Source: Lama guanicoe (Eukaryota). From it: a DNA stretch of 64,000 bases. Position 1 is the stretch's first letter; each line of letters starts with the position of its first letter. Positions 27,375-40,280 of this stretch are shown piece by piece. Where the stretch lies: the NCBI GenBank assembly GCA_013239625.1, contig MU054220.1, forward strand, positions 4,709,328 to 4,773,327, read 5' to 3'. The translations under genes were made by a program, and so were the position numbers. A model generated the notes under the pieces. It was not told the DNA's origin, made no database searches, and was given only the letters and a program-made list of their open reading frames with translations.

Positions 27375-29210
27375 ATTTGTAATAGCTAAATAATTAAACA
27401 ACCTAAATGCACAGAAACAGAATATCGTTTAGATCAAGCAGATTTAAAAAACAATTCTATTCTTTCAATTATTTTGACTATTGGAGAATTGTAATTTTCT
27501 CGGGAAGTTTTACTGTTGTACCATAGGTACAGAAAGTTTGATCATACGCCTTGGTTTACAGCACACCATTATCATTGGCCCTTTAATTCAGTTTCTTTTA
27601 CCTCATTTCTTCTTCTTAGTCTCTCCTTTCCCTCCGTGGGCAACTTTTTTTCTTGTCCTTAGGAAAGCATTCTATGTTTGACATGTTTTTGAGTATTTTC
27701 TTGTAAGACATTTTTGTATCCAAGTGCTTTAAGTGTACACAAATGGTATTACATTATAGATTTCATTGCTTATTACTTTCACTAAACACTGCATTTAAAA
27801 AAAAAATACGCATATGTGCTGTCTTTTGCTTCCTAATGCATAGGACTCTTATGTGTGCTTTCACCGTATTTTACCTGTTCCCTAGCCTTCCCAAAGGGAT
27901 TAAGAATCCCAGGCTGGTTCTAATCTTCTGCCACCAAAAACAATGAGATCAATATCTTCATTTTTGTTACTTTAGAGACCTATGTAAGAGTTCTTGAGGA
28001 CACATACTCAGAAGCACTATTACTATTATCTATATTCACTTAACTAAACCCTGCCAGGTATTTCTCCAGAATGGTTCGACCACTTTACACTCTCAGCACC
28101 AGTATAAGAGGTTCCCATCCCCCCATCCCCATCAACACTTGACATTACCCATCCTTCTAATTTCTGTTAGCCTACTGGGTGTAAAGAGATATTTTACTGT
28201 CACTTTAATCTGAACCTCTGATTACTAATGAGTTTGAGCATATCTTTCCATGTTGTTAGCCTGATCATAACCATGGTGTATTTTTCTACTGGTCTCTTTT
28301 TTTCATTTGATGTTCTAGGCATTCCTTGTTGTATTATAGGTACTAATTCCTTGTTGGACGTAAATATGCAAATAACTTCTCCTGTACTCCCATATATTAT
28401 AAATTATATCCTTTTCTCAGTATTTTTTCGAGTTATCTACTGATGCATAATGAAGCACTAAAACTCCAAAAACTTAAAAAAAAAAAAACATTTTATTTTG
28501 CTCAAGATGTTATGAGACAAAAGTTGGAAGAGGCTCCACTGGGTGGTTCATCTAATTACACAGCAATAGCCAAGGCAGTTGAGGCTGGAGGATAAATTTC
28601 CAAAACGATTTCTTCACACATTCAATGTCTTCTGGTACTTTGGTGCTTTCTGGCCTCTCCACTTGATGTCTCATCCTCTAGGACCTCTTTTCATGACTGT
28701 GGGCGTCTTACAACATACTGCTTCCAGGGTAATTGCATTTCTTACACAGTGGCTAGCTTCCAAGAGGCAGGAAGCAGAAGTTGTCAGGCAGGGTAAGAGC
28801 AACACCTAGAACTGGCACATCATCACCGCTACCATATTCTCTTGGTCTAAGGAGTCAGAGGTCCTACCCAAATTCAAAGTGGAGAGATGCCACCTTTTGC
28901 TAACATCACTGCAGAAAAGCATGAGCTGGTAGATATTGCTGTGGCCAACTTTGGAAAACACAATCTGCCACATTATTAATTGTTATTTTTATTTTTTTCT
29001 TTTGTGAATTGTCATACCATGGCTTATTCCTTCCATCTTTTCCTACTGACTTATAAGAACTTTTTATATTACACGTCCTAAAACTTTTCGTTTATTAAAA
29101 AATTACGTTTTTTCCAAGTTTTCCTCCTCAGGTAGAAGAATATAAAAGACAGTTTCATTTACTTCATTGTTAGCTTTCTTTTAAAAATCTTTTGTTAGGA
29201 TGAAAAAATA
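27375..29210 (-). pseudogene. E2/UBC-like repeat B, split by an old L1 + MaLR insertion
   Basis: 29210-29075: KRFLKE/ANNEVNETVFYILLPEEENLEKT*FLI (E2 helix 1 and P-x-x-x-N-L-x-x-W-x-x-x-I strand). 27590-27375: YDQTFCTYG.../RENYNSPIVKIIERIELFF/LNLLDLNDIL. Confidence 0.6.
27600..29075 (-). mobile_element. Ancient L1M(E)-like fragment with a nested MaLR (MLT1) LTR at about 28430-28972
   Basis: Reverse L1 ORF2 3' motifs (cactttacactctcagcaccagtataagaggttccc; ctgattactaatgagtttgagcat); MLT1-like end ggaaaacacaatctgccaca. Confidence 0.7.
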
Positions 29211-29619
29211 CTTAAATCTATATATCTCAAAAACTTAATGATATGTTACAGGATCTTATTAAGGAATGACATTTCACAAATATCTTTAAATTATCTCATT
29301 AAAAATTCAAATTCTATAAATTAATTATAACAAATCACAGACTTTATAAAAAGTTTAAAATCACTGATGTGTTCATTTTAACTTTCTAATACAATGGGCC
29401 TTTCCTCCCCCTCATAAATTGTACATACTCTATACCTTTGTTTAATACTAAAATAAAAAGGAACAAGTTTGGCCACTCTTTTACTGTAACTTCATTGAGA
29501 ATATTGTTCCCATTCCCTCAAAAAAAACTGCTTTAAAACCAAATTAAAATCCAGAAAAATTTACTTATTTCAGAGTTTTAAAAAAAGCAAACTATGAAAG
29601 CAGTTTACAAATTAATTTT

Positions 29620-32600
29620 TTTAGATTAGTAAACACACACAGAACTGCTTTATTCTAGTATGTGAATTTAAAGACTTCTAATATTGTCTCAATAAAACTT
29701 TCACAAGTATGTATTTAATGAGAGTGTCAGGCAAGAAGTAATACAGTCTTCAAGTAAAACTTGTTGGAAAATGACAAGTCACACATCTCTTCGTTAACTA
29801 TAGACTGTTAATAACAGAAAAGGAAACTAAAGCCATAAGTCCTGGATTTTTTTTGCAGGCCCTTTATGCTCAAGTTTAAGGAAGTTATTAACTAATTTTT
29901 CCCCAGCACGTAGAAATGTAATATGTATAGCATTTTAATTATAAAATTGTAATATGACAAGAATCTTTTATTAAAATAATGCCCTTATTATGACTATTTC
30001 AGATAAAAATGATTTTTAAAGTTAAAGCAAATTAATTTGGAAAAACAAATTCCAAACTAAACGAAAATGTCATTTAAGTTCTACAACCACACAAGCACAC
30101 TGAGGGAGAAAGTTAAACAAAAAGAAAAAGAAGGCACAGGACACAGAAAAATGGCTTAAGGTCTTCTGAAGCTTTAAGTGGCAGGATATATGCATATGAT
30201 CTTGTTTTCCTTCTAATGGGAATGAATTAGTGTCTTTTGATTTAGATACACTATTTTGAAGTAACTGTTGGTTTGCTGTGTTTTGCACATAAACATCATG
30301 ACTAATACTATAACTTCAAAACATAAGGCCCAGCAGAGCAGAGATAATGTATTCTGTCCGAAATGTATGTAGGAAGAATCAGAAAATGAAATTTATTGAC
30401 AGGCATGGAAAATTTTTAAATACTTTTCCTCTTTCTCCTAGAAACCTTATTACTCTCTGGGATGGTGGAGGTGAGGGGTGGAGATACACTCCGTGTTTAA
30501 GAGTACTGCAATCTAAAAACAAACGTATTAAACTTAAGAAGACAAATACACATACAAGTGCACAGAGTACAATCAGTAATTCTTCCTCTTCAAATAACGT
30601 AAAGGAAAAATAAGAATCAAATTCTGAACGGGTGATTTGTTGTCTTGTATATGCAGTTTTGCCTCTCACAAATGTTCATAGATGCAGAAATACATTAATA
30701 AGAGATGCTTACTTTCAGCAAAGTGAACAGAATAGGGAAATGGAATTAGAAAGGACTTGGGTAAAAGTCTCAAATAGATATTCCTACCCACCCCCGCACC
30801 AAGTGTTTCCAAATTGTGGCTACAATCTAAAAAGAAAACTTCAGTTTTTTAATTATTTTCCAAACTCTATTACAGCATACCTCAGAGATATTGCAGGCTT
30901 AGTTCCAGGCCACTGCAATACAATGAATATCGCAATAATGCGAGTCACATGCATACAAAAGCAATGTTCACACTATACCTTACTCTATTAAGTGTGCAAT
31001 AGCATTATGTCTTAAAATACAATGCACAGACCTTAACTAAAAAATACTGCCAAACAATGCTAACCATCATCTGAGCTTTCAATGAGTCAAAGCTGTAACA
31101 TCAAAGATCACTGATCATAGATCACCGTAACAAATATAACAATGAGAAAGTTTGAAATATTGCAAGAATTACCAAAACGTGACACAAAGACACAAAGTAA
31201 ACAAATGCTATTGGAAAAATGGCACGACAGCCTTGCTTGACACATGGTTGCCACAAACCTTCAATTTGTTAAAAAAAAAAATCTGCAAAGTGCAATAACG
31301 TAATGCACAATAAAATAAAGTATGTCTGTATTTGGAACTAAGTTTGTGTCTCTTTACTGAATGAACACCAGAACCAAAGGCTTTCACTTACAACACCTAA
31401 GTCAACAAAGTTATCGTTTGGTTTCTCTCTCATTGAAAGGAGTTTTATCAAAACCATGCAAAGCTTAAGTTCCAAAAAGACAGCTTTTGATATCTATCCA
31501 ATGTGCATACACAACCTTAGGAATCTCCAGAAGGTAGTGGATTTTGCCATATTTTTTTCTGAAAGTATAACACATTTTATACCAGCAGCAGAATTGAAGC
31601 GATGGAAAGCAGAGTGCAAAATAAAGGCCTCAAGGATTGAATGTCAGAATTCTTAGGTGTAAAATCTCACCATTTCGTCAAGAGATGTGTCTACTCATAA
31701 ACGTCCAGAAGGGTTCTCTGCAAATGCATTCGTAAGTTTACCTCTAAACTTATAAAGGGAGTACCCATCCATTCTCAAAGCACTTTCTTGCGATCTAGTT
31801 GTTCTGCTTAACTCAAGTCAGAGGTAACTTAGCAATGAAAAATTTTTGCATCTGCTTCTGAAGCAAGTTGTGGTTGTGGCTGGTTTTTAATGATTCTATG
31901 TATCTACAACTTCTAGCCACCCTGTTTTCCTAAGACACAAAACCAACTCACCAGTTACTCTACTACACCACCGAACAGTAACAAATCACTTAAAAGTAAG
32001 TTTCCCAATATTTTTTTCAATTAGAAAGTTAGCTAACATTCTGAGACACAGTGGGGTCAGATCAGAGGGAAGGAAATACTTTCCTGACTAGGAAGCCAAC
32101 AATACGTCTATCAATTTATACCCAAAATCACATTCAACAGAAACACACATACAAAATTATCTAGCTTTGCTCCTTTTTCTACCATTACAGTATTCTCAAG
32201 TAGTCCAATATTAAGCAAATCCAGACAAGAGGGAAATTATGAAAATCTATTTCATCACAAAACATCAAAGGGCTTTTTAATGATATATGAAAGTGATCCA
32301 GTGAAATGACACAGAAACAGGTTTTAGATACTCTGAAATACCAAGAAAAAAATGAAAACATTTTTTATTCTCTATAAATCATTTATATGTGGCCTGCCCC
32401 TGAAACTAAAAATTAATAGCTAATTTCCAAAACATCTATTGTACATTATTTCAAATCCCCTACTTCACCAAACGTGAGTGAAAACACTTTCTAGAGACCA
32501 GTTTTACTTGGGTTGCGGGGTCAGGAGCTTTTAAAACACGCTGTCTGAGAAATGGCTTTTCATGGTCAGTTAAGCAAGTTACATAAACAACCAGACTATC

Positions 32601-33680
32601 ACAATAAGGTAAGGTTTATGAAGCAATACATGGCGAGATCCTAGTACGGAGATAAGGCAGGTGCTGACCTGCTTGGCAATCTGGTGTTACCCTGAGATGC
32701 TGATACATGTAATTACATGTCAGTGCACAGTGTCTCATTTTGCCTCATGCTGAGTAAGTACTCAATAACAAAGATCAAACTGTCCCAGCATGCAGAGGAA
32801 CCCTGTGAGCCAAGAGTAATGTAACACAGCTAAAAACAAACCTAATTCCCATACACATACCCAAACAACTTCACAGCACCAGAGAAGCCAAAGTGGCAAG
32901 CTCCCACAAGGTACTTGTTTAAAATGCATTTTTGAACACAATACCTCTCCCAAACAACTGTAAAACACTCTTCTGGAGTCTCCAAAGATTTAAGAACACA
33001 TTCAAGTTAACAGAAAAGCATTTCACAAGCAGGAACTGCCTGCCACTGCCTCTCAGCGCTAGCAAACAAGGGCAAAGTTCACGGGAGTTAATAGGATGCG
33101 ATTGAAAGAGAATCACAGATTCACTACTGACACGCTCATAACTCATGCAATTTGTTAACACCTAAAACAAGAAAGACGACACCCAGGATACTACTGTCCA
33201 CACTTCCAACATCCCAGCTCTTTCATAAATCCCATCAGACCCAAGAAAACGAGCCCAACCCAACCCCAAACAGGGTCGTGAGCATCAACGACTTATAGGA
33301 AGAGTCGAACGGTGCAACAAAAGGGGGGAGGGGCGCAGGACACAAACCACAACAAAATAAAGTAGATTCCAAAACTCTTAGGCGCTAGCCACACGGATAT
33401 TTCAAAGGCAGAGGGCCAGAAATTGCCAGGGTCCGGCAGTTTGGGACCCCTGACTGAGCCAGTCGTCGCCAGAGGCCCCTTGGCCAATCTAATGACAGCA
33501 GGCACCCAAATTAACCCGTCAGGCCGCTCTCCCACCTCCTAAGCACACAACTAACAGGTCCTTGGCAACCTGGGGGCTGTTGGTGGCACTCTAACGGCAC
33601 AGAGAGCCCCCCAAACCGTCCGGAATGGGAGAAACCTCCAACTCCTGCTTCTGCGGCGGCCATCACAGCGAGAAAGCGAA
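29620..33680 (-). ncRNA. Candidate lncRNA (or alternative upstream HSD17B12 start) driven by the ZNF143 promoter
   Basis: Promoter; donor GAG|GTGGGA near 33535; acceptors gtctttcttgttttag| (33161) and ggttttgtgtcttag| (near 31929); U-rich UTR-like body; minus-strand AATAAA at 30392-30397, 29967-29972 and 29649-29654, the last followed by GU/U-rich sequence. No expression evidence available. Confidence 0.4.
30873..31328 (-). mobile_element. Internally deleted Tigger1 (Tc1/mariner) derivative
   Basis: CAG(G)CATACCTC-type terminal inverted repeats and TA target duplications on both sides. Confidence 0.85.
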
Positions 33681-33800
33681 CTTTTACGACAACTCCCACA
33701 ATGCCCGCGGCCTACAACTCCCAGAGTGCACCGGGCGGCGCCGCGGTTAACCCCGTCGTGGCGCGGGGCTGGCGAGCCCTACACCCCCCACACCTCCCAA
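33400..33800 (-). promoter_or_regulatory. Small CpG-rich promoter with two tandem ZNF143/Staf-type (ACTACAxxTCCCA) sites
   Basis: ACGACAACTCCCACAATGCCC at 33686-33706 and CCTACAACTCCCAGAGTGCACC at 33711-33732; CpG cluster in AT-rich flanks; YY1-like GATGGCCGCC on the minus strand near 33660. Strand is inferred. Confidence 0.8.
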
Positions 33801-34508
33801 TACCCAATTGTTGCACTTACTTTGAGCCTCTCAGTCCGAAACTAACTTTGGAAATTTTTTCAACAGCTACGGTTACGCTGTTTCACCGCCTTTCTTTACC
33901 ATACAAACAACTTCAGCTCCAGAAAATTATCCCTGACAGAGAACTTTTTGTTAACTCCAGAGCTCGCCTCACAGTGCCAAATGTTTATCGTTTAAGGGGA
34001 CATTTAACTTCAATTAATCTTCCCCTTCGCCCTTATAATTTTCTGGCATGTTTCTAAATTATATAGCCTAGAGGTTTTGGTACTCAACTTTATTAATTTA
34101 AAGTCTGTTTTCTAAGTTCTGGGAATCAACAAGGGAGAAAGACTATCCTATAACTGACTACAATGTTCTACATCTCTCCATTTTATAAGACGAATTTCCT
34201 CTAATATTTGACTCAGAAAATTAATGCAACTACAAATAAGTTCTAATAAGAAAAATTTATTATGGACAATGTATCTTTTCAATTTCAAATTAATTTTTTT
34301 AAGGGAAAATCCCGTGTGCCAACATACTTTGCATTCTCCTTTCTCTCTCTATTGACAGATAGTTCAGATATAGCATATACTGCTGCTTTATTCCTTTCTG
34401 ACTTAACATATCAGCAAATAACAGGTAAAGAAACACTTAAACGTAATTTGAAAAATAAACTAGGAGTTCATTCTTTCGGAAAACTGCACAAGCACATCTT
34501 TTACTCAC

Positions 34509-35026
34509 GAAAGAACTCGTAAGTCTTTCTCATTTTAATTAAAAATAAGGTTTAAAATACATTTCTTTTAAATGTATTGTCCATAATTTCAGTAAAGATG
34601 ACAATCACATTTAGAGATCACTGTATCATCAATATAAATTAAATATATAAGATGTACTTTAACAAACTGTAACTTGCTCAGACGTGTAACTGACTGACAA
34701 ACAAAATAACTGTTTGATATTTGATGTAAGCACTAAAACAACAGCTAGAATTCTCCTAAAGTATCAACTATTTTTCTTATACCCCAATACAAAATAAAAT
34801 GTACACAATGTCTGAATTTTCCACCGAAAGATTTTGCCATTTGGCAGGGCACTCAAAATGCATCATGAATTTCAAACCACTAGACTCAGAAATCCTAATA
34901 TACACACAAAAAACCAAAGCCTTGTTGGAAAGATGCGTCTTCAGCAAAATTCTGTTCTACAATATTCTATTTTAAACCTGTCCATTAATATTATTAGCTT
35001 ATTAGTAAATTTTTTGATCTAGTAAA
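34509..35026 (-). pseudogene. Fossil exon: E2/UBC-like repeat A
   Basis: ttttctctttgcag| ... TTC|GTGAGT; DRFKIEY...RIFPTRLWFFVCILG / SGLKFMMHFECPAKW...NLY...LLKLWT. Confidence 0.55.
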
Positions 35027-36833
35027 CTGCAAAGAGAAAATACTTCTCCATCATTTATTTTTTCATTCGTATTACAGTATACGGAGTTTCATTAACAATT
35101 TAGATAAATGCTACATACTAAGACATAAAAATTATACATACATATATATTTTGAATTTTAGTTCATCGTACTATTTTAGCTTCTGTATTTTTCTAGTTTT
35201 CACTTAACACTTTAGTTAGAATTTAGCTAGAAGTTGCATTGTTTTCCCTCTATTTTTTAATAGCTGCAAAACCATAAGAATTTAGTGCATATTTTATATA
35301 TTATTCTTCTGATGTTAAAACATATGATTCATGAGAAAGGCTCAAAAACAAGTCAGAAATGAAACTGATCTCCTCGTATATTTATTACAGGTTTACAACT
35401 CTCTTCTCGGTGCTACGAGATTTATTCTCAGTTAGGAGGTTAGTCATCCTTTCTTTTATTTTATTCTTTAAAATACGAGATTTAAAATATGATATATTAA
35501 AAGGCTATATTTAAAGATTACAATAAAAATAAAAATTTTTTTCAGGTTACCATAATTCTCCTTTTAAAAAGGACTTAGAAGTTAGTATATCCTAATTAAG
35601 TAATTTAAGTAAGTCTTAACCTATATACTTAATAATAATATGATTTTCTTTATAAGAAGAAAACAAATGTATTCTAGAAATGCATTCTTCAAATTCATAC
35701 CAAAAATTTAGTATTTTTCTCCCTAAGTTTTTAGATTCTGTTTTACCACATGAATTTTTACGTGTATTCTTTAAAAGCCTAAACTTCTATACTATGATTT
35801 TTAAAAATATTCATATGTAACTGTATTAATGTATTTAAAATTAGGAGAAATCTTGTTTACTCTTAAAAATATATGTTAATAGGAGACAAACATTGCAATC
35901 TATTTCTTTTTCCAAATATGGTATTGGTGACAAAGCTGGAAAGTGCAGATTTGCAGGTCTTACAACAACTACTCTTATTACTTTTTTAAATTTTTTTTAA
36001 CAACTACTTTTATTCTTTTAACTTCATAAAATACTTCAAAGCATCTCTAAACATTTACATATTTTAACTGCATTTTTAGTTTATCTGCTTTAAAACATCT
36101 GATTTTCTTACATGTAATTTTTACCGTTCATGCAAGTAAACTTCACTAATAAAATTATTGCCAAAAACAGAATAAGTTGCTAATATTCTAATATGCTCAA
36201 AAAGTTTGTCTTTTCTTTTCTTACGTTACAGTATGACACAGGCAAAAACTGAAAACAGGTTACACACAAAGGACAGGTTCTTGGCTGATTAAACTAATTG
36301 TTTATATTTACGTTATGACCCTACAAAGCAATACTGTGAGTCTGTCCCAGAGTTTAAGCTTCTCTCTTACTGCCCAGATCTTAATTAACTTTAATTCACT
36401 GGCCTGCTTTTAAAGCAGTGACCGGTCTTTCAAATTTATCAAAATAGTCTACTTTTTATTATTATGTATGTTTACATTTACGTTCAGAAATATTCTAGTC
36501 AACTGAAAAATCTCTAGTTTCTGATTTTGCTAAATATAATTTTAATTTTATGTCTTAAATGCTTAGAAAACTAGATGATGAGAATCCTATTATCATGTCA
36601 GTCTGTGAGAAAGTGCAAAAAAAGGTCTCATTTTTTTCCTCAACAAATTGATCTTTTTAAATAAAAATTTTCCAACTAATTTTTTTTAACTTAAAAACCT
36701 TGCTCTCTCTCCTCTTCGAATATTTGACATCAAATGTTAGGACAAGCAAAGCTTAAGTACATGTTACTTATTTCCCCTAATTGAAATGCTCTCTTTTTAA
36801 CAGATGGATAAACAACAGAAAACTTTTCCTTAC

Positions 36834-37430
36834 CTAAAGATGAAAAGTTTCACCTTTAAAAGAGTCTTCAAGGCTCCTCAGGAGATAAAACTTCTGACAT
36901 TCTCCTATGGAAATGAAGAAGATACAGGTTAATTATTATGATCACTCCCACTCTGTGAAAAATCATAATAGGATGATGGATATTTGAATTTTTTGAGTCT
37001 TAATTTTAGGCAGCAAGGCTTAAATATAATTTAATTTAATCAATGCTGTCAATTAAAAAAATCATCCTGTTTTACAGTTTAAATTTTATCACAGCACTAT
37101 CACAAGGTAGTAGTTTCCTATACTTAGTTGTTCTGCATTTTATTCTGCCATTGATAATATTTTGTGGTTCTTATGTATGACTCGAACTAGTTTTAATACT
37201 CTTTCAATATACTGAAGTCAGTAACTATCCTTATCTGTTTTACGATGTTTTCTAATACATAATAATACCTGCTTTATATTTAGTTTCTATAATCTCAATT
37301 TCAAATAAATATGTGAAAGAAAAAAAATCCAAACTCTAAACTTTCTAACTCCTAAAAGACTTTTCTAGCTTCAAATCAACTTCCCCAAAAAGAGATGTTT
37401 AAAACACTATATACTCTAAGCTGGAAATAC
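36834..37430 (-). pseudogene. Fossil exon: vWA-like domain 3
   Basis: EYIVF/LNIS...FFFHIFI...AGIIMY...IRIVTDFS...RMIFLIDSID...LLPKIKTQKIQISIILL...IGECQKFYLLRSLEDSFKGETF; donor TTAG|GTAAGG. Confidence 0.6.
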
Positions 37431-40029
37431 TCTAAGACAGAGTAAGATGTAGGCTGAATTTTTAAAAACAATTATCCTGCTCCTCCCTTTTCCTCTTTGT
37501 GCTCATAATTTTTTCTCCACTTTGATTCAGAATTACATTCATTAACTCACATGCCTCGTCTCCAAAGAAAAAATTACCTTCTGCTTGGAAAACTCTAAGT
37601 TCCCGTATATTTTCCCTTAATTTCATGTAAGAACCTCCTATTTCAAAGTCTAGAGGGAGGGAGTAGGTATTAATTACACTGTTTCTGCCCTGAATTTCTT
37701 TTCCTAGACTTGTTTTCTAATTCTTCTCACTATGAGTCTATCATACCCCACTTACCTTTTTTTTTTTTTTAACATCAGTAAGATTTGTTTAACATTTCTT
37801 TCCCCAGCACTTGAGGGTATTTCTAATCTTATTTTGGTGTTTTGGTGCCTATATCACAGTCTGGCTAAAGGTACTTCTGGATACTCCAAATATAAATATT
37901 TTTACTTCCCACTGGTGAGTGGGCTTTCATTCACCAGACTCTAACAATTTTTTGTTCTTCACCAGGACATCCTATTTGGGATTCACATATGGATGAATAA
38001 AGTTGGAGAGTGTAGATGAGTTAGATCCCCAAGAAAGAATGCCAGACCAGATGTCACTATTCACTTCACTGAACGTATCTTGTCATAACTACCTTAATGC
38101 TTTAGAGCTTTAAAAATTCATATGCACCAGCCCTAAAAAATTCCTTTCCTTACGTTACCCTTGGGTGCCTTTGATTTTCTAAGCCAGTTTTTCAAAGGAT
38201 GTGACCTTTGTGGTACAATTTCACAAGTGCAAAGTGAGGGTGAGAGTTGGCCACTCACAGACCCAACCAAGTTCTAGGGCAGAAGCAGCAAGACTTATGA
38301 GGTCTCCCCCCAGACTAAAGGCTTGAGTTCTGCCTCATATTTTGTCTGTCATATGCTCCTGAGGCATTGAAGGTAAGCGTATCGCTACACTGTGACTCAG
38401 TTTCTTCATCTCTAACTTGATTCCGTGATCCCAACACAGCAAGTAGTTACTGAAGTGGGAGTCGCCAGGGAAGGAGGAATCAAAAGGCAAAGAGAAGAAG
38501 GAAAGACTTAAATAAACGTGGCATCTATTCCTCAGCTCCACTCATTTTCCTAACGCCTTCTCCCAGCAATGGAGGTGTGTTGGTTGATGTTGAGGGGTAC
38601 AAAATGGAGAGCCTCCAATATTCCCACACCCTACAACAGTCAGGACAATACTATGGTCAGAAGAAACAGCAGTGTTTGTCCTTTTTTAATTAAAAAAGTC
38701 AGACTAAAAGCTTCTTTTTAAAATACTGACATGGTAGGTAAATGCTTTCTATAAAGAATAATACACAAGTGGGTTCAGAGCCATAAAAATCTTCTTTGCT
38801 TTGGCCTCAGGGCTGTTGGCTTTTTTTTTTTTTTTTCCCTTGTAAACAAACTATCCCTCATTTGGGAACCCAATGCTATTGTAACTGGAGAGCAGACACA
38901 GTGGGGAGCCCTTAAACTCCTCAGAGAAAACCCCCCAACCCAACCCTGGCCCAGTCACTTGTAAAGGAAACTCCGAAAAGTGTATTTTAGTGTTCAGGAG
39001 GATTCCTGCCCCCTCCCCTGCTCACAACTCCACACCAAATTAATCTGACTCATTAGATCCTATTGAGACACTCCATTATTTTAAAAAAAGCTCTTAGCAT
39101 AAACTTAGTTAAAAGTGATTTTTTTTTTTAAAACCAAGATATTCATCCTAAACAGCAACAGATTAACACTAACTGCTTACCAGTTTCAACACCAGCTGAT
39201 TCTTCATTTGCTGGAACCATCAACACTGCCAAACTCTCCCCCAAACTTCCATTCATTTTAGAAACCAAGTTCCTAGAAATAATTTTAAAAAAAAATAATT
39301 TTCTTTATCATGAGCTTTTAAACATTAACTACAAATCCAATCTAACACTGTTTAGCACAAAATTAGAGTTCTTTCTCTGTGTCTTTCTCTCTCTTTCTCT
39401 CTCTCCCTCCTTCTTTCCCTCCCTCTTTTAATTACTTTGGGAAAGTTCACTGCCTTCTCTACTCTCCTCTTCCACCTGGGTATCACTTTAAGCTCCCTCT
39501 TTCCCTTCGTCCTCACTTGAAATCCCTCTTTAAACATACCACAAATTTCCCTGGCTTCAGTGTACTGCAATCCTGGCCAGATTTCTCACAGAAATGTAAA
39601 ATGTGAAATGAGGGGGTTGTGCAGGACAGTCTCCAAGGTCGCATTTAGCTCTAACATTCTATATATGTCTATGATGATCCAGAGAAACTGGAAGAACTCC
39701 ATGTAAGCACCCACATTTGGGCCTTATTTCTGTGTGTGTGTTACTGCTGTCACTGTGTCTCTGTAAACTTTTTGATGAATTACAATATACCACACATTTT
39801 TCTGCCTTTCTAGGCTAACAGCCCCTCTTCAGTCTGCTTCTTCAAATTCTTTTTTCTCTAAGAAACCATCTGTATCACTGATAATGCTGACACTATCCTT
39901 CCCATCAAGACCATCACTGCCACCAGCAACCTTTTTCTGACTTAGCTGAGGATGTTTTAATAATACTGTGATGCATTCATCTAAGTAAAGCAATGGTGTT
40001 TACTTACCTGGTCCCTACCATCCTCCTCA

Positions 40030-40280
40030 TCCTCATTGTAACAATTACTGACAGCTTCCTAGCTGACAGACACTGTTCTAAGCACTGCATATTTAATCCT
40101 AACAATCTCATCATACAGATTCTATAATCATACCCATTTACAGATGAGGAAATTGAGACAAACAAAGGTTAAGTCATTTGCTCAAGGTGTATTCCTAATG
40201 AGTGAAGGATCCAAGTTTGAAAACCACACATTTTGGGGGCAGAGCTTGCACCCTAACCACCACGATGCACTGCCTCTCTG
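40030..40280. repeat. MIR (other MIR copies near 3420-3615, 6940-7170, 13630-13940, 46380-46710, 56690-57030 and 59850-60110)
   Basis: Core cccatttacagatgaggaaattgag...aaggttaagtcatttgctcaagg. Confidence 0.7.

Noticed and set aside
30379..30669. 96-aa ORF with a hydrophobic, TM-like stretch
   Set aside because: Non-ATG start and U-rich UTR-like composition account for it; no recognisable homology.
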